DNA of 64,000 bases, from contig CAWJYV010000008.1 in NCBI GenBank assembly GCA_963847185.1, positions 640,001-704,000 on the forward strand, given 5' to 3'. This document shows positions 42,604-53,683 of this stretch, in pieces. The DNA is from an uncultured Methanosarcinaceae archaeon (GTDB taxonomy: Archaea > Halobacteriota > Methanosarcinia > Methanosarcinales > Methanosarcinaceae). Under the pieces are notes generated by a model. That model did no database searches. It was given only the letters and a program-made list of their open reading frames with translations, and had not been told where the DNA came from. A program made the translations under genes and the position numbers. Position 1 is the stretch's first letter, and every line of letters starts with the position of its first letter.

Positions 42604-43230
42604 TTAAGTCCCGGATACAAGGCTGAGTATAAGAGGCGTAATAAAGGTCTCAATTACTGCTGCGAAGAAAAGAAGAGGCACAATCCAGTGGAAATAAAAA
42701 ATGAGCCCTTCTTTAAACTCTCTTTTAATCTCCGTCGGCATGCCAAAAAAGGAGGAAAAAACCTGATGCCCGAGCCGGAGTCCGATACCTGCAGATAGAA
42801 AAACCATAGGCAACTCCACAATTCCATGAGGAAGAAGGGCAAGAAAAATATATAGCATGCCTTTTTGCTGCGCTACGATATTTGAGACCACTCCTACAAG
42901 ATATCCGTTGAAAGCAATAAGTATCAATGGAATAATTCCCAGAACCAGCCCGAGTACAAGAGAAATCAGGCATACAAAAGCGTTATTAAGAAAGATTGTA
43001 AGCATTATTTCAAGCGGCCCTTTTTCAAGTAGTGGCCCGAAGCGGGAACTGAAACTCTTCATAAGATTATTAGCGAGATCGGGGAAGCTTTCCACAGAGA
43101 TATAACCCGCAAGGAAAGACCCGATAAATATAAAGGTTATAATAAAGGCATAAGGCCAGATAAAGCGCAAGTATCCGGTAAACCCGGCTTTTTTTGAGTG
43201 CTGTAAATTATAATCTCCTTCTCTTCCCAT
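42604..43230 (-). CDS. SpoIIM/DUF95-family membrane protein
   Basis: IFLNN, NG, LPHGIVEL and AAVIETFITP. Confidence 0.9.
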   Translation of the reverse strand: MGREGDYNLQHSKKAGFTGYLRFIWPYAFIITFIFIGSFLAGYISVESFPDLANNLMKSFSSRFGPLLEKGPLEIMLTIFLNNAFVCLISLVLGLVLGIIPLILIAFNGYLVGVVSNIVAQQKGMLYIFLALLPHGIVELPMVFLSAGIGLRLGHQVFSSFFGMPTEIKREFKEGLIFYFHWIVPLLFFAAVIETFITPLILSLVSGT

Positions 43231-43299
43231 ACTTATCCCCCATATATAATAATATAAATTAATTTAATTAAAACCTCGTTTTCTATAAATTCGAACGAT

Positions 43300-44181
43300 T
43301 CAGATACCTAGCGTCATTCGGATTGTATTTCTAATGGCAGGAGAAAGTCCAAGAACCAGAATTACCAGTTTGATTAGCATTTTCATGTTCAAAGACTGCT
43401 TATCATCTTCAAATTGAGTATCAAGCAAGTAAAGGACCCCTATAAAGATAATAAGTTTCAATGGATACATTACCAGTGCGGTACCCGTAAGCTCGATCAG
43501 GTAGGAAGGCAGTACGTGTTTTTCATAATACCCGAGTTTATCTACTCCTATATATGTTGAAGAAGCATCCATCAGATGAACCAGCAGGATGGAGAGATTA
43601 ATGGGATCCGTGAATATCGAGGATTTAAACTGGCGAGCAATAAGGTAAAATGCAAGAGTTAATCCAGTTCCGGCTCCGATTACGAAGAAGGGAATATAAG
43701 CGTTTACCACCTGCTCAAAATGCAGCAGGACGATGAGATTTGCAAAAAACCATACAAGCCCGAAACTTGCAAAAATAAGACGATAGTCTTTCGCCAATCC
43801 TGCTTTCTGTAGCCTGATAGAAAGCCAGAGGCAAACTATGGTTACCGCAAAGACCAGGAAGTAAATGTTAGGGGTTATGAGCAGATAGGAAAATGGGGGA
43901 TGAACTATATCAGCAGGGGAATCTTCAAATATACGTAGTGAAGAGCCTGCGAGTACGAAAGGAACAACAGAAGCGATAAAGCGGGGTGTAATTTTTACTT
44001 CCAGTTTCTCGAGAAGTTTAAAAACCCCGAAAATGCAGATACCCAGTACTACTGCCCATGTGAAGGTGTTTATAATGTTATACCCTTCATCACCTTTTAT
44101 GGGCTCGAGATAATAAGTATTGATAAACTGTGAGATCTTATCTATTAAAAAACTCATTTTATCACTCATTAAAAATGGCAA
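43300..44181 (-). CDS. DUF63-family membrane protein
   Basis: GYNIINT, LITP, HLMDASST, YYEKH and LGLSPAIR. Confidence 0.88.
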   Translation of the reverse strand: MPFLMSDKMSFLIDKISQFINTYYLEPIKGDEGYNIINTFTWAVVLGICIFGVFKLLEKLEVKITPRFIASVVPFVLAGSSLRIFEDSPADIVHPPFSYLLITPNIYFLVFAVTIVCLWLSIRLQKAGLAKDYRLIFASFGLVWFFANLIVLLHFEQVVNAYIPFFVIGAGTGLTLAFYLIARQFKSSIFTDPINLSILLVHLMDASSTYIGVDKLGYYEKHVLPSYLIELTGTALVMYPLKLIIFIGVLYLLDTQFEDDKQSLNMKMLIKLVILVLGLSPAIRNTIRMTLGI

Positions 44182-44684
44182 TATCCTAATACGATTAGTA
44201 CTTAATGTGCATAAAGTGAACTAATTTCTTGAATCAAGGAAGTAATATTTAATCTTTAACGCGGATGTTCGTCCTTATAACAGATATTTCTTTCCGGCAG
44301 TTTCACCTTAAGGAAAGGTTAAAGAGATTATATTACTATAGTTTTTATAATAATATGTTTTACAGGTACAATGTGATGAAGTTAAGAATGGAATTAATGA
44401 AGTAAGCAAGAAAATAATAAAATAAGAATGAGAATCAAAACCGGATAATCTTCTGACAAAAAGTTAGGGATGATTTTTAGAATTATATGAGATATTTGCC
44501 AGATCTGGTTAGTCAAGAATTAAGTTAATGAATTAAATTAACATATTAAAGTATCTAATAAATAATCTTAAAAGCTAAATACCCTTTAGCAGCTAAATCG
44601 ACAGCTGGATTATATTTGACTTTTCATTCATTCGGGTTTATGAGAAGCAGTTTGTTATTATCATGATTGAACACTGATGCGGGT

Positions 44685-45755
44685 ATGAAATTGATCATCA
44701 ACAAAAACAGCGCAAAATGGATGCAACTTCCCAGGGATGTACTTGTCGGGCACGGTGTGCTTGAGGAAGTTGGAGATGTTTGCAGGGATCTGAAGTTAAA
44801 AGGAAATGCGCTGATCGTGACCGGCAGCACTACTCAGGACGTTGCGGGCAAGAGGATAAGCAAGCTCCTCGAAGATGCTGGGAGCCAAATGGAGACAGTT
44901 TTGACGTGCAGAGCTAGTATGGAAGAAGTAGAAAAGGTCATGGAAAAGGCTCTTGAAACAGAAGCGAATTTTCTCCTGGGTGTTGGAAGCGGAAGGTCTA
45001 TCGACCTTGCAAAACTTGCATCAACTCGACTTGAACTTCCCTTTATTAGTGTGCCAACTGCGGCTTCTCATGACGGCATTGCATCTTCCCATGCTTCAAT
45101 TCTGGATAATGGGAAAAATACTTCAGTGAAGGCACAGGCTCCAATTGCAGTCATTGCAGACACAAAGATTATTTCTGCAGCTCCTTTCCGGTTCCTTGCA
45201 GCGGGGTGTGGGGACATAATTTCCAATTACACGGCAGTCCTGGACTGGGAACTTGCAAGCAGGCTCAGAAACGAGTATTTTGGAGAATATGCTGCAGCTC
45301 TCTCCCGCATGGCTGCCAGGGTAATTATAGAGAATGCAGACTCGATAAAGCCAGAGCATGAAACATCTACAAGGCTTGTGGTAAAGGCTCTGGTTTCGAA
45401 CGGAGTTGCCATGAGTATTGCAGGCTCTTCAAGACCTGCTTCGGGATCTGAACATATGTTCAGCCACGCTCTGGACAGGATAGCTCCAAAACCTGCGCTG
45501 CACGGCGAGCAGTGCGGGGTCGGCACAATTATGATGATGTATCTTCACGGAGGAAACTGGCAGGAGATAGGGGAAGCTTTAAAAAAGATAGGGGCCCCCA
45601 CAAATGCAGAAGAATTGGGGATAGAAGATAAATATATAATTGAAGCCCTGTTACACGCACACAGCATTCGTCCTGAGCGTTATACAATTCTCGGGAACGG
45701 GCTTACTCCTTCTGCAGCTGAGAAAGTTGCACGAATCACAAAGGTCATAAGTTGA
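44685..45755 (+). CDS. egsA: sn-glycerol-1-phosphate dehydrogenase
   Basis: [31 protein letters not shown] and RPERYTIL. Confidence 0.96.
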   Translation: MKLIINKNSAKWMQLPRDVLVGHGVLEEVGDVCRDLKLKGNALIVTGSTTQDVAGKRISKLLEDAGSQMETVLTCRASMEEVEKVMEKALETEANFLLGVGSGRSIDLAKLASTRLELPFISVPTAASHDGIASSHASILDNGKNTSVKAQAPIAVIADTKIISAAPFRFLAAGCGDIISNYTAVLDWELASRLRNEYFGEYAAALSRMAARVIIENADSIKPEHETSTRLVVKALVSNGVAMSIAGSSRPASGSEHMFSHALDRIAPKPALHGEQCGVGTIMMMYLHGGNWQEIGEALKKIGAPTNAEELGIEDKYIIEALLHAHSIRPERYTILGNGLTPSAAEKVARITKVIS

Positions 45756-45996
45756 AAAGTTGTTCTTATTCAGGCTGAAGCAGAAAATCAGTCTCTATTT
45801 AATATATAAAAGAAAGAAGCTTTAAAATTTTATTTGAAAGCTTCATGACTCAGATCCTCACAAAGATCCAATTGATTCAATTTCCAATTAAAACATCATT
45901 CCAATCAACTCTAATTAAAGAATTATTCGGGATAAGCTCCAGGTATCCCTTGTGAACTGGATATATACCCGAAAACAATTAAATGGAAGAGCTATT

Positions 45997-46446
45997 ATGA
46001 CAGAGAGCGATACTAAAATAACACTTATCGGTTCACGGCTTGCAAGAGAAGGGCTGGAATTCATATTCAAAGGTGAGATGCCTGAATGTAAAAAATGCAG
46101 GCTAAAAAACACCTGCCTTAACCTTGAACCAGGACGCAGGTACAGAGTCGAAAGAATCAGGAGCAATGATATTCATGAATGCTTCCTGCACGACAGCGGT
46201 GTACTTGCTGTGGACGTGAGCAGAGCTCCAATCCTCACCACAATGGAATCAAGAAAAGCAGTTGACGGGGCGAAAATTATGTATGAGCCTCCCAAATGCG
46301 GCAAAAAAGATTGCAAGGTGTACGAGATCTGCCACCCAGAGGGGCTTTCAAGAGGGGATAAATGTAAAATTGTAGAAGTACTTGAAAGCCTTGACTCCAA
46401 GTGCGAGGCCGGCTATTCCTTGAAAAAGGTGAAACTGGCCAGGTAA
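45997..46446 (+). CDS. UPF0179-family protein
   Basis: ITLIG...CKKCRLKNTC...HEC and a Cys-rich C-terminus; typical egsA neighbour. Confidence 0.88.
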   Translation: MTESDTKITLIGSRLAREGLEFIFKGEMPECKKCRLKNTCLNLEPGRRYRVERIRSNDIHECFLHDSGVLAVDVSRAPILTTMESRKAVDGAKIMYEPPKCGKKDCKVYEICHPEGLSRGDKCKIVEVLESLDSKCEAGYSLKKVKLAR

Positions 46447-46513
46447 AGTAAGCGAACATATAATAGTAAGATTGATTATTAATAAATAAAAAAGGTTAAA
46501 AGCGGTGTTATAA

Positions 46514-47146
46514 GTGCCTGAACATAGAATGAACCAGGTCCCCTATGAGTTTTACACCCAAAAGCGCTGGGAAAACTGGCTCGGACGGGCAAAAGAGAGC
46601 GGTTTCCATATAAAGGAAACGGAAGAAGAAGCAGGGAAGGAAAGTGCCATATTTGTCAATATGGTTGACGATGTTATCCTTGCCTGTCTGAAAGTGATTG
46701 CACGCTTTGAAAAGGGTATGCTCTCCAAAGAAAAAGCCCTAGAAATTCTTGCGGAGATCCGGGATATTGTACTTTCCGAAATTGAACCAATTTCCGAAGA
46801 CGTGGATCTGATGATAAATTCGATCCAGACCTCTCTTATGGGCGCTTTTGTCGCCTTTGAATGCTATGTTATGGGTGACTACGATGAAGGGGTAGATATT
46901 GAGGACCTTATAAAAGCAGCTGTTGAAGCTGAGTCTTCAGAAGACCTTGAGCTTGCTCTTGATTTTACTGCACAGTGCGGTGCACACATACTTAAAGGAA
47001 AAAGCCTGCCTGAAGAGCTTATGGCAGAACTTCCCTATGGTATTGTTGCTGAATGGCTTGATGGGATTGATTCTATCTCGGCTGCGATGGTAGGAAGCGA
47101 CAGTTATAAGGAATTTGATGAAGACGACGACGAAGACGCCATCTGA
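46514..47146 (+). CDS. DUF2150-family protein
   Basis: FYTQKRWENW N-terminus, EWLDG motif and acidic tail. Confidence 0.8.
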   Translation: MPEHRMNQVPYEFYTQKRWENWLGRAKESGFHIKETEEEAGKESAIFVNMVDDVILACLKVIARFEKGMLSKEKALEILAEIRDIVLSEIEPISEDVDLMINSIQTSLMGAFVAFECYVMGDYDEGVDIEDLIKAAVEAESSEDLELALDFTAQCGAHILKGKSLPEELMAELPYGIVAEWLDGIDSISAAMVGSDSYKEFDEDDDEDAI

Positions 47147-47286
47147 ATAACTTTTTCAAAGGATTCCTTTCAATTTTTTTGAATAATTGGGAATCCTTGA
47201 AAAAAAGTAAATTGGCACGGTAAATAATAAATTTATAATTCTCAAATAAATTGACAATTTTAAAAATTTGTAAACACTGAACGATT

Positions 47287-47364
47287 AAGTTTTTAATCAA
47301 ATAATAAATTTAGAATTAAATAAGAAGTTTTTAATCAAATAATAAATTTAGAATTAAATAAGAA
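47287..47364. repeat. Perfect 38-bp tandem duplication between convergent genes
   Basis: aagtttttaatcaaataataaatttagaattaaataag x2. Confidence 0.9.
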
Positions 47365-47418
47365 ATTTAAATTATGTTATAGTAGTTTAAATTTATATTC
47401 TGCGCTGAATTCTTGTTT

Positions 47419-48624
47419 TTAATTACTTTTTTCTGCCATTGGCCCTTGTTTTTCAATTACCCCTTGTTTTTCAATTACCTTTCTATAGACATCAAGAGTT
47501 ATTTCAGCTATTGTTTTCCAGTTGTATTTCTTTTTGAGAAGCTCGTACCCTTTTTCCCCCATCCTGTTGTGGCCAAGCCCTTCAAGAACATAATTGAGAC
47601 CCCAGGCAATAGAAGAGGGTTCCTTATGAGCAACAATTCCTGTCCTGAAGTTATCAATCAGGGCGACTGCATCACTTGCAACTACAGGTTTTTTTGCATC
47701 CCAAGCTTCAAGCACCACTATTCCGAAGGGCTCATTCCGGCTTGGCACACACACAAGATCACAGGCATTAAACCAGTCTATCACAGTGTTATCCGGGGCA
47801 TATCCAAGGAAATTGCAGGAATCTCCAATCCCAAGCTTTTGAGCCTGATATTCGCAGTGAGCGCGCATTTCCCCTTCCCCTATGAGTACAAACCTGGCAT
47901 CTCTCTTTTTAAGGACTTTTGCCGCAGCTTCCACAAGCAGGTCTGGCCCTTTCTGATATGCCATCCTCCCCGTAAAAAGTACCACTGGGAGGTACGGATG
48001 GATTCCATAATTCCTTTTAATTTTTCCTGCGTCGATTTCCCTTTTTATTTTTCCCACGTTTATACCATTAGGGACTTCCCAGAGCTTGTAATCGGGAATT
48101 TTGTAGATATGCCGGACTTCATCCTTTAGTATGGTAGAGGTCGTGACAACTTCTGAAGATTCGTATCCTCCGAGCCATTCCCTGTGTGAAATTTCCTTTG
48201 CCTCCCACCAGTCTCCATGGCGGTTTCCATTACGTCCCCATTCAGTGCTGTGGAAAGTAATTACAAAGGGAAGTCCAAACTGGGTTTTAATTCTGCAGAG
48301 AACATTCACAGGATGCCAATCGTGCCCATGAAGAATATCAAACTCTCCTGCTTTTTCTCTGACATCCAGAAAGCGACAATACATACCGTCGCACATTCTG
48401 TTCATCTGCTCGACTATTCCCCCTGTTTGCTCACAGGCAATCCTGTGATAGTGAACCCCATTGATGATTTCATCATTGTCTTCACGGGCTCGGGTAAAGA
48501 GATGAACCTCATGACCTTCTGCTGCAAGAGCATCAGAGAGTTCAGATACATGAGGGGAAATCCCTCCTACACGTATCGAGTATAAACTTTCCCAGGTAAA
48601 CATTCCTATTCGAATCTTTTTCAT
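47419..48624 (-). CDS. GT4-family glycosyltransferase (glycogen/alpha-glucan related)
   Basis: WES...VGG, HGHDWH, TFHSTE, QKGPD and EPFGIVVLEAW. Confidence 0.9.
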   Translation of the reverse strand: MKKIRIGMFTWESLYSIRVGGISPHVSELSDALAAEGHEVHLFTRAREDNDEIINGVHYHRIACEQTGGIVEQMNRMCDGMYCRFLDVREKAGEFDILHGHDWHPVNVLCRIKTQFGLPFVITFHSTEWGRNGNRHGDWWEAKEISHREWLGGYESSEVVTTSTILKDEVRHIYKIPDYKLWEVPNGINVGKIKREIDAGKIKRNYGIHPYLPVVLFTGRMAYQKGPDLLVEAAAKVLKKRDARFVLIGEGEMRAHCEYQAQKLGIGDSCNFLGYAPDNTVIDWFNACDLVCVPSRNEPFGIVVLEAWDAKKPVVASDAVALIDNFRTGIVAHKEPSSIAWGLNYVLEGLGHNRMGEKGYELLKKKYNWKTIAEITLDVYRKVIEKQGVIEKQGPMAEKSN

Positions 48625-48873
48625 AGACTCACTCGTTCCTTTTTGTCAAAACGAAAGTTAAGGACATGAGTAACGAAGAATACAGGCTTCCCCTTGCCTG
48701 TGTTATTTCTAGCCCCTCCAATTTTCTAAACTCAATCATATTATTTGTTAGTTACTGAACTCCGACCTCGAATGTCCTTAGATAACCATATATATGTCCT
48801 TAAACCCTCAGTTGACATATAATGGTAAAGGGGAGATTTAACTTTATTTATATTCTGTAAAGTCGTCTTTATA

Positions 48874-48913
48874 TTAAAATACAATCTCCGTACTTAAAAT
48901 ACAATCTCTGTAC
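48874..48913. repeat. 20-bp tandem repeat upstream of the GT4 gene
   Basis: ttaaaatacaatctccgtac / ttaaaatacaatctctgtac. Confidence 0.8.
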
Positions 48914-49045
48914 TTTTATAAGTTCATTCTTTTTAATCGTAATAAACATATCTTTGAGTTTTTCATGTTTTTTTGATTAGATATATGAAATTTTCTTTCA
49001 AGTTTCTCATAAGCTTCTGACACCAATTAAACTATCATATGAAAT

Positions 49046-50050
49046 TCAATCCTCAGAAAGGAAATCCCCTCTCAGGTAGGAGGCTGCCCTTTCAGGAGAA
49101 ACAGTATTGATATAAATTCCTGTATTAAACTCAAACCCTGCATTGATGCTAAGTCTTGGGAGCAAACGGATGTTAAGGTGATACTCAGGAGTTCTGTAGA
49201 GCTGGTAAAACATATGATTGAAAGACACATTTCCAAAAACTCTTTTGTAACTTTTGAGAATGGCTCGCAGCATATCAACCAGGGCAAAAAGAATTTTGTC
49301 GTTACAGTCTCCAAGAAAACTGACATGTCTCCCGGGAAGAATCCAGACTTCGAAAGGCACCGTGGAATAATAAGGGGCAAAAGATATACATTCGCTATTT
49401 TCAAATATAAGACGAGAAGAAGCTTTTTCCCGATTAAAAACTGCACAGTAGGGGCACGTTTTTCGCTCCCTGATAGCTTTTAGTTCTCTTTCAAGAGGAA
49501 GAGGGATAAACGGAAGAGCAAGGAGCTGGCTGTGAGGATGAGCTATAGAAGCCCCTGCTGCTTTCCCTGAGTTTTTAAAAAGAGAGACATAATGGATTTT
49601 CTCTCTGGAAATATAGTTGCAGGTGCGGTCTCTATAAACATGCATGAGTCCTGAAAGCTCGGAATCGGAAAAATCCTCCAGCTTTTTCCCGTGCAAAGGC
49701 GATTCTACAATAACCTCATGAAAACCATACCCGGGTTCAACCTGAAGACCAATTTCCTTACTTGCCAGAGGATTTGGAGCAGGAGAAAGGGCAGGGTAAA
49801 GGTTTGGAAAGCAGCGAAAATCCCAGCCGCGTATCCTGTTTTCAGGAGTGTCGGCAAGGATTCTCCCATTTTTATATACCGCAATGGCCAGGGGAGTCTT
49901 TTCTTCAGCCCCGCCACAAAAAATGCAGCTCTCAGAATCATTTTTTTCAGAATTTTCCGCTGATTTCGTAAAGTCTGAAGGCCTCTTAGCCCTTTCTTCG
50001 GAAATTATGCACTGTTCGGAAAGAAAGTAATGCTTTCGGATTTCTGACAT
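49046..50050 (-). CDS. galT: GalT-family nucleotidyltransferase (HIT branch)
   Basis: RAKRP, CIFC, NLYPAL, HEVIVESP, GASIAHPHSQ and GFE. Confidence 0.88.
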   Translation of the reverse strand: MSEIRKHYFLSEQCIISEERAKRPSDFTKSAENSEKNDSESCIFCGGAEEKTPLAIAVYKNGRILADTPENRIRGWDFRCFPNLYPALSPAPNPLASKEIGLQVEPGYGFHEVIVESPLHGKKLEDFSDSELSGLMHVYRDRTCNYISREKIHYVSLFKNSGKAAGASIAHPHSQLLALPFIPLPLERELKAIRERKTCPYCAVFNREKASSRLIFENSECISFAPYYSTVPFEVWILPGRHVSFLGDCNDKILFALVDMLRAILKSYKRVFGNVSFNHMFYQLYRTPEYHLNIRLLPRLSINAGFEFNTGIYINTVSPERAASYLRGDFLSED

Positions 50051-50203
50051 CGAAGGAAGACCTCACATACTTTTCATTGCTTTTTTCTCTTATTCGTTCC
50101 ATTTCTCCTTTTTGTCCTTATTATTCTTGGATTCTTTCTAAAAGGTGTCAATTATGAAATCTCTTGCAAGAACCTGTGATTTGTGATATCACCCCAGAGT
50201 ATT

Positions 50204-52000
50204 TTACTGCTTGCAGAAGCGCGACCCGCTTATCAGTTCATAATACTGTTTGGTTGGCTCCTCCCAGCCCATATCCTTTGCAAGGAGAAAGGCTTCCCTG
50301 CATAAGAGTTTGTATTTTACTCTATCTTCGATGAAATTTCGTGTGAAGTAGCTGACCGCAAGGGCATAATCAAGAACTGTTTCGTAATAAGAAAGATCAA
50401 TGTTATCCACGACTATCACCCCTCCGAGACCTTCTGTCAGAGGTTCGATAGCCTTTACAGCGTCACTAAAACCACAGACCCGGCTGACCACACTGGGGGT
50501 ACCCTCTTTTCCGGCTTCAAGCCCTGTGAGCAGGAAGGGGTCATAACGCGAGGGAAAAAGACCTGCACAGCAGCCTGCCATAAAATCCTCAACCTCCATG
50601 CCCAGCCCACCATCAGAGCTTGAGAGAATCTGGGGATATAGAATTGCTGCAACAGAACGCTTTCCCCTTACCATCTTCGAAAAGTCAAGTCCTCTGTCAT
50701 CAACCATCTGCTGAAGCCTCAGCTCATTTCCTGCAAGCACTTCTTTTGGCAGGTTGACAGGAAAACCTTCAGGGAGATTTTTCTTTGGTCCTTCCGAAGC
50801 AACAAGGAAACAGATAACTCTGATCTCTTCCTGCAAACGTCCTTCCAGAATACTGTTCGTTATTATATGCTCAAGAGCGACAAGGGAATCAAGAAGATCA
50901 TGATATCCTTTATTTTCAACCTCTATGCGAGAGATTGTAAAAATAGGAATTATTTTTTCGGGAGCTATCCTTTCTCCTCCGTGATACTTATACAGGTTTT
51001 TGGAGAGGAACTTTCGGATCGTTTCAAGATGCTTTTCTTTAAGGTTCCAGTCTATTTTATCGGATTCTACAGTTATCCCGTTTCGGATTACTATTCCATT
51101 AATACCGTAAAAAAGCCTGGCTTCCTGCCGGGTAGACTCCCCAACTGCGGTAACTGTATCAGCATATGTCGCAAGGGATTCGAGGGAGGCCAGGTTTTCC
51201 GGGACCCCAGGTGGCCATGTGCTGTCATTCGCCCTTATTTTTTGAATAGAACTATATCCTGCAGTCCTTCCAGGCAGCGTGGCATGCAGAGTTGCAATAG
51301 TATTTACCGGGATTCCAAGTTTTTTAAGTCTGGCTGGAGCATAAAATACCCCGAATTCATGACAATGAAGGGAAACTCCTTCGCAAAGTCTAAAACCATG
51401 AGCAGGAGTTCCCTGTCCGGGATCTGCGTATGTACCTGCGGAGTCCGGGCTTAGAAGAAGCCTGACAAGCTCGGAAATTGCATAGGAGAGGGAAAGATAA
51501 TGAGTATATTCAGCACCGTTTGGCATACTCTCATATTTCAGGGAATCAAGACCAAAATGTTCGTAGGCTTCAGCTTTAATTCTTCCTTCGAGGGTCATCT
51601 CCTTTCCCATATATGTTGAAGTGATTTTACTAAAATTATAGGTTTCAAACTGCAGGTACGCTATTTTTGTTTTCCTTACGACTTTTTCTCCTGTAAACAC
51701 TTTGAGACCCGAGCTTTCAAGAGACTCCAGGCTTTTCCTGAGTTCCCCGCCAATTTTAAGAGCTCCAAATTCCCCCATATTCGTAATTCGGTTAAGTCCA
51801 CGGTTCCAGTCTGCTCCCATGTGCCCATAGTAAGGACCTACAACAAGGATTTGTGTTTCTTCTTTTGTTTCCAGTGTTCCAGAATTAAAGAGAGCAGCAA
51901 GTGTATGTGCTTCTTCATTAATGACATTCCAGATTCCGCCCATCTTGTTCGATTTAGGGCCTGCTTCTTCTCCGGCAATTATGACAAAGTGCTTTCCCAG
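50204..52000 (-). CDS. GT3-type glycogen synthase; probable CTG start
   Basis: FVIIAGEEAGPKSNKMGGIW, HCHEF, TLHATLPGR, RIEVENKG and FPSRYDPF. The frame extends from ATG 51943 to CTG 52000 after a G7 RBS. Confidence 0.82.
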   Translation of the reverse strand: MGKHFVIIAGEEAGPKSNKMGGIWNVINEEAHTLAALFNSGTLETKEETQILVVGPYYGHMGADWNRGLNRITNMGEFGALKIGGELRKSLESLESSGLKVFTGEKVVRKTKIAYLQFETYNFSKITSTYMGKEMTLEGRIKAEAYEHFGLDSLKYESMPNGAEYTHYLSLSYAISELVRLLLSPDSAGTYADPGQGTPAHGFRLCEGVSLHCHEFGVFYAPARLKKLGIPVNTIATLHATLPGRTAGYSSIQKIRANDSTWPPGVPENLASLESLATYADTVTAVGESTRQEARLFYGINGIVIRNGITVESDKIDWNLKEKHLETIRKFLSKNLYKYHGGERIAPEKIIPIFTISRIEVENKGYHDLLDSLVALEHIITNSILEGRLQEEIRVICFLVASEGPKKNLPEGFPVNLPKEVLAGNELRLQQMVDDRGLDFSKMVRGKRSVAAILYPQILSSSDGGLGMEVEDFMAGCCAGLFPSRYDPFLLTGLEAGKEGTPSVVSRVCGFSDAVKAIEPLTEGLGGVIVVDNIDLSYYETVLDYALAVSYFTRNFIEDRVKYKLLCREAFLLAKDMGWEEPTKQYYELISGSRFCKQ

Positions 52001-52227
52001 GTTCGAACCCCCCCAGAAACTTCCTTTTATCTAGTTCTAATATATATTTTGATTTGCCTGTTAATATTAAAACCTATCAATTAAAAAAGAAATTTAGAAA
52101 AGACTTCAAACCATGCTGAGAATAAATTGCAATCAAGAGCTGTGGTTTTGCACACAACCCTGAAAAGAGAAAAAATTCAAAAGCCAGAAAGTACAGAAGA
52201 AAGTGCTGCTAGGTGCTGGCATTAAAC

Positions 52228-53025
52228 TCAGGTACCGGTATCAAACACTGAAGCCTTTGTTTTTGTATAACAGCTCTCAACAAGCTGCATGGTCGCATCA
52301 AGATCTATGATCTCAAAGTCAAAAAGTGTGGAAAATTCAAGGACTGCTGCTTCAAAATTTTCCTCATAGGCATGGCCTGTATTGATCCTTGCAACCCTTT
52401 TATAGCCCGCATAATCAAAAATGAATTTTGACATGGAGATATCGTCCGGGTTCTGGCTCAAGCCTGCAGTTCTTATCATCTCCCTCCAGTTTACAGCCCA
52501 CATAGGCGTCAGGAAAAAAGTTCCTACCCCTTTGCAGCTTTTCAGGGCTTTGAGGTACTGTCCCCTGCCTCCAAGCACAGCCCCTATGCAGTCATCCACA
52601 ATTTCTCCGTTCTCTTCCTTGAGAATGCAGACTTTACAGTTGTGGGCTTTGAAGTCTTCTTCGATTTTTCCAAGCACATTTCCACAAAGCCCGTAAAAGA
52701 GCAGGATCCCGTCCGAGCGAGGGGCCAGGAGCTCAACCTTTGAATAAACGGTTTTTTTAAGGTTTTCAGGAATTGCGTGCAGGGCGAGTTCAAGCATATA
52801 TACGATCAGGATAAAACCCTGTTCTCCTCCTGTTTCTGGCTTTCTCAGGATGTCTTCAAGAGGAAGGACTGTATAAGGGATTCCTGCATCTGCAATTTTT
52901 CTTGTAATGCCGGTACAGTCTTCGTTTTCAACTACAAGCACTTTTTCAATCTCAGGGTCATTTTCAAGCAGGTGAATGATCTCATCTTCAAACATCCTGC
53001 ACCCGATTATACTCATCACTGGCAT
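52228..53025 (-). CDS. DUF1638-domain protein
   Basis: ELALH...P, FYGLCG, VDDCI and FFLTPMW; GAGGAG RBS before ATG 53025. Confidence 0.85.
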   Translation of the reverse strand: MPVMSIIGCRMFEDEIIHLLENDPEIEKVLVVENEDCTGITRKIADAGIPYTVLPLEDILRKPETGGEQGFILIVYMLELALHAIPENLKKTVYSKVELLAPRSDGILLFYGLCGNVLGKIEEDFKAHNCKVCILKEENGEIVDDCIGAVLGGRGQYLKALKSCKGVGTFFLTPMWAVNWREMIRTAGLSQNPDDISMSKFIFDYAGYKRVARINTGHAYEENFEAAVLEFSTLFDFEIIDLDATMQLVESCYTKTKASVFDTGT

Positions 53026-53129
53026 GTCTAACTCCTCTGGAATGTGCAACTTTTCATATTTTCATTTTTAGAGATGGAGTCCCTTAAGGTTTTCATATAA
53101 TCTGCAGAATAGTATTTTTCAGAATCACT

Positions 53130-53196
53130 AAACATTAATAGTGCTTCTTTAGAAACATTAATAGTGCTGCTTCAGAAACATTAACGATGCTCTTCG
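53130..53196. repeat. Three imperfect ~23-bp tandem repeats upstream of the DUF1638 gene
   Basis: aaacattaatagtgcttctttag / aaacattaatagtgctgcttcag / aaacattaacgatgctcttcg. Confidence 0.8.
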
Positions 53197-53683
53197 AAAT
53201 TATTTTATCTTCAAAATTATATTCTCTGGAAAATACGTATCATGAATTACTACAAATTTCAGCCATTAGCATTTATTATTGGCTTTCTACAAGCCAGGCT
53301 TTCACCTTAAAAATATCCAGCTATTATTTTACCTGTGTCCTTATATATCCTAGCGTTATAAAAATACACTAATTAATTGTCAGGTATATTTCGATAACTT
53401 GGTTTGAGTTCTTCTGATTTTGTAGAATGGCAGGATGCAGGCTCAAATCTTTAGCCTCAGGATGTGCAGAAGACCTTGTTTTCTTCGTATTCTATAAAGG
53501 AAACAGTACCATAACAGGGCATTTTGCTAACTATGAATAATTTTGTCCTTGAAGATTCTGCAGTTAAATGTTACCTACATGGGTATAAGCTCTACCTGAA
53601 TTTCTAAAGAATATTTCTATTGAGGGAAATAATAACCCCGCAGAAAGCAAAAATATGCTTATCAGGTCTTTTATCGGGATTTT

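Noticed and set aside
47287-47364. 38-bp duplication as a CRISPR remnant
   Set aside because: The copies are head-to-tail with no spacer and no repeat-like handle; this is a slippage duplication.
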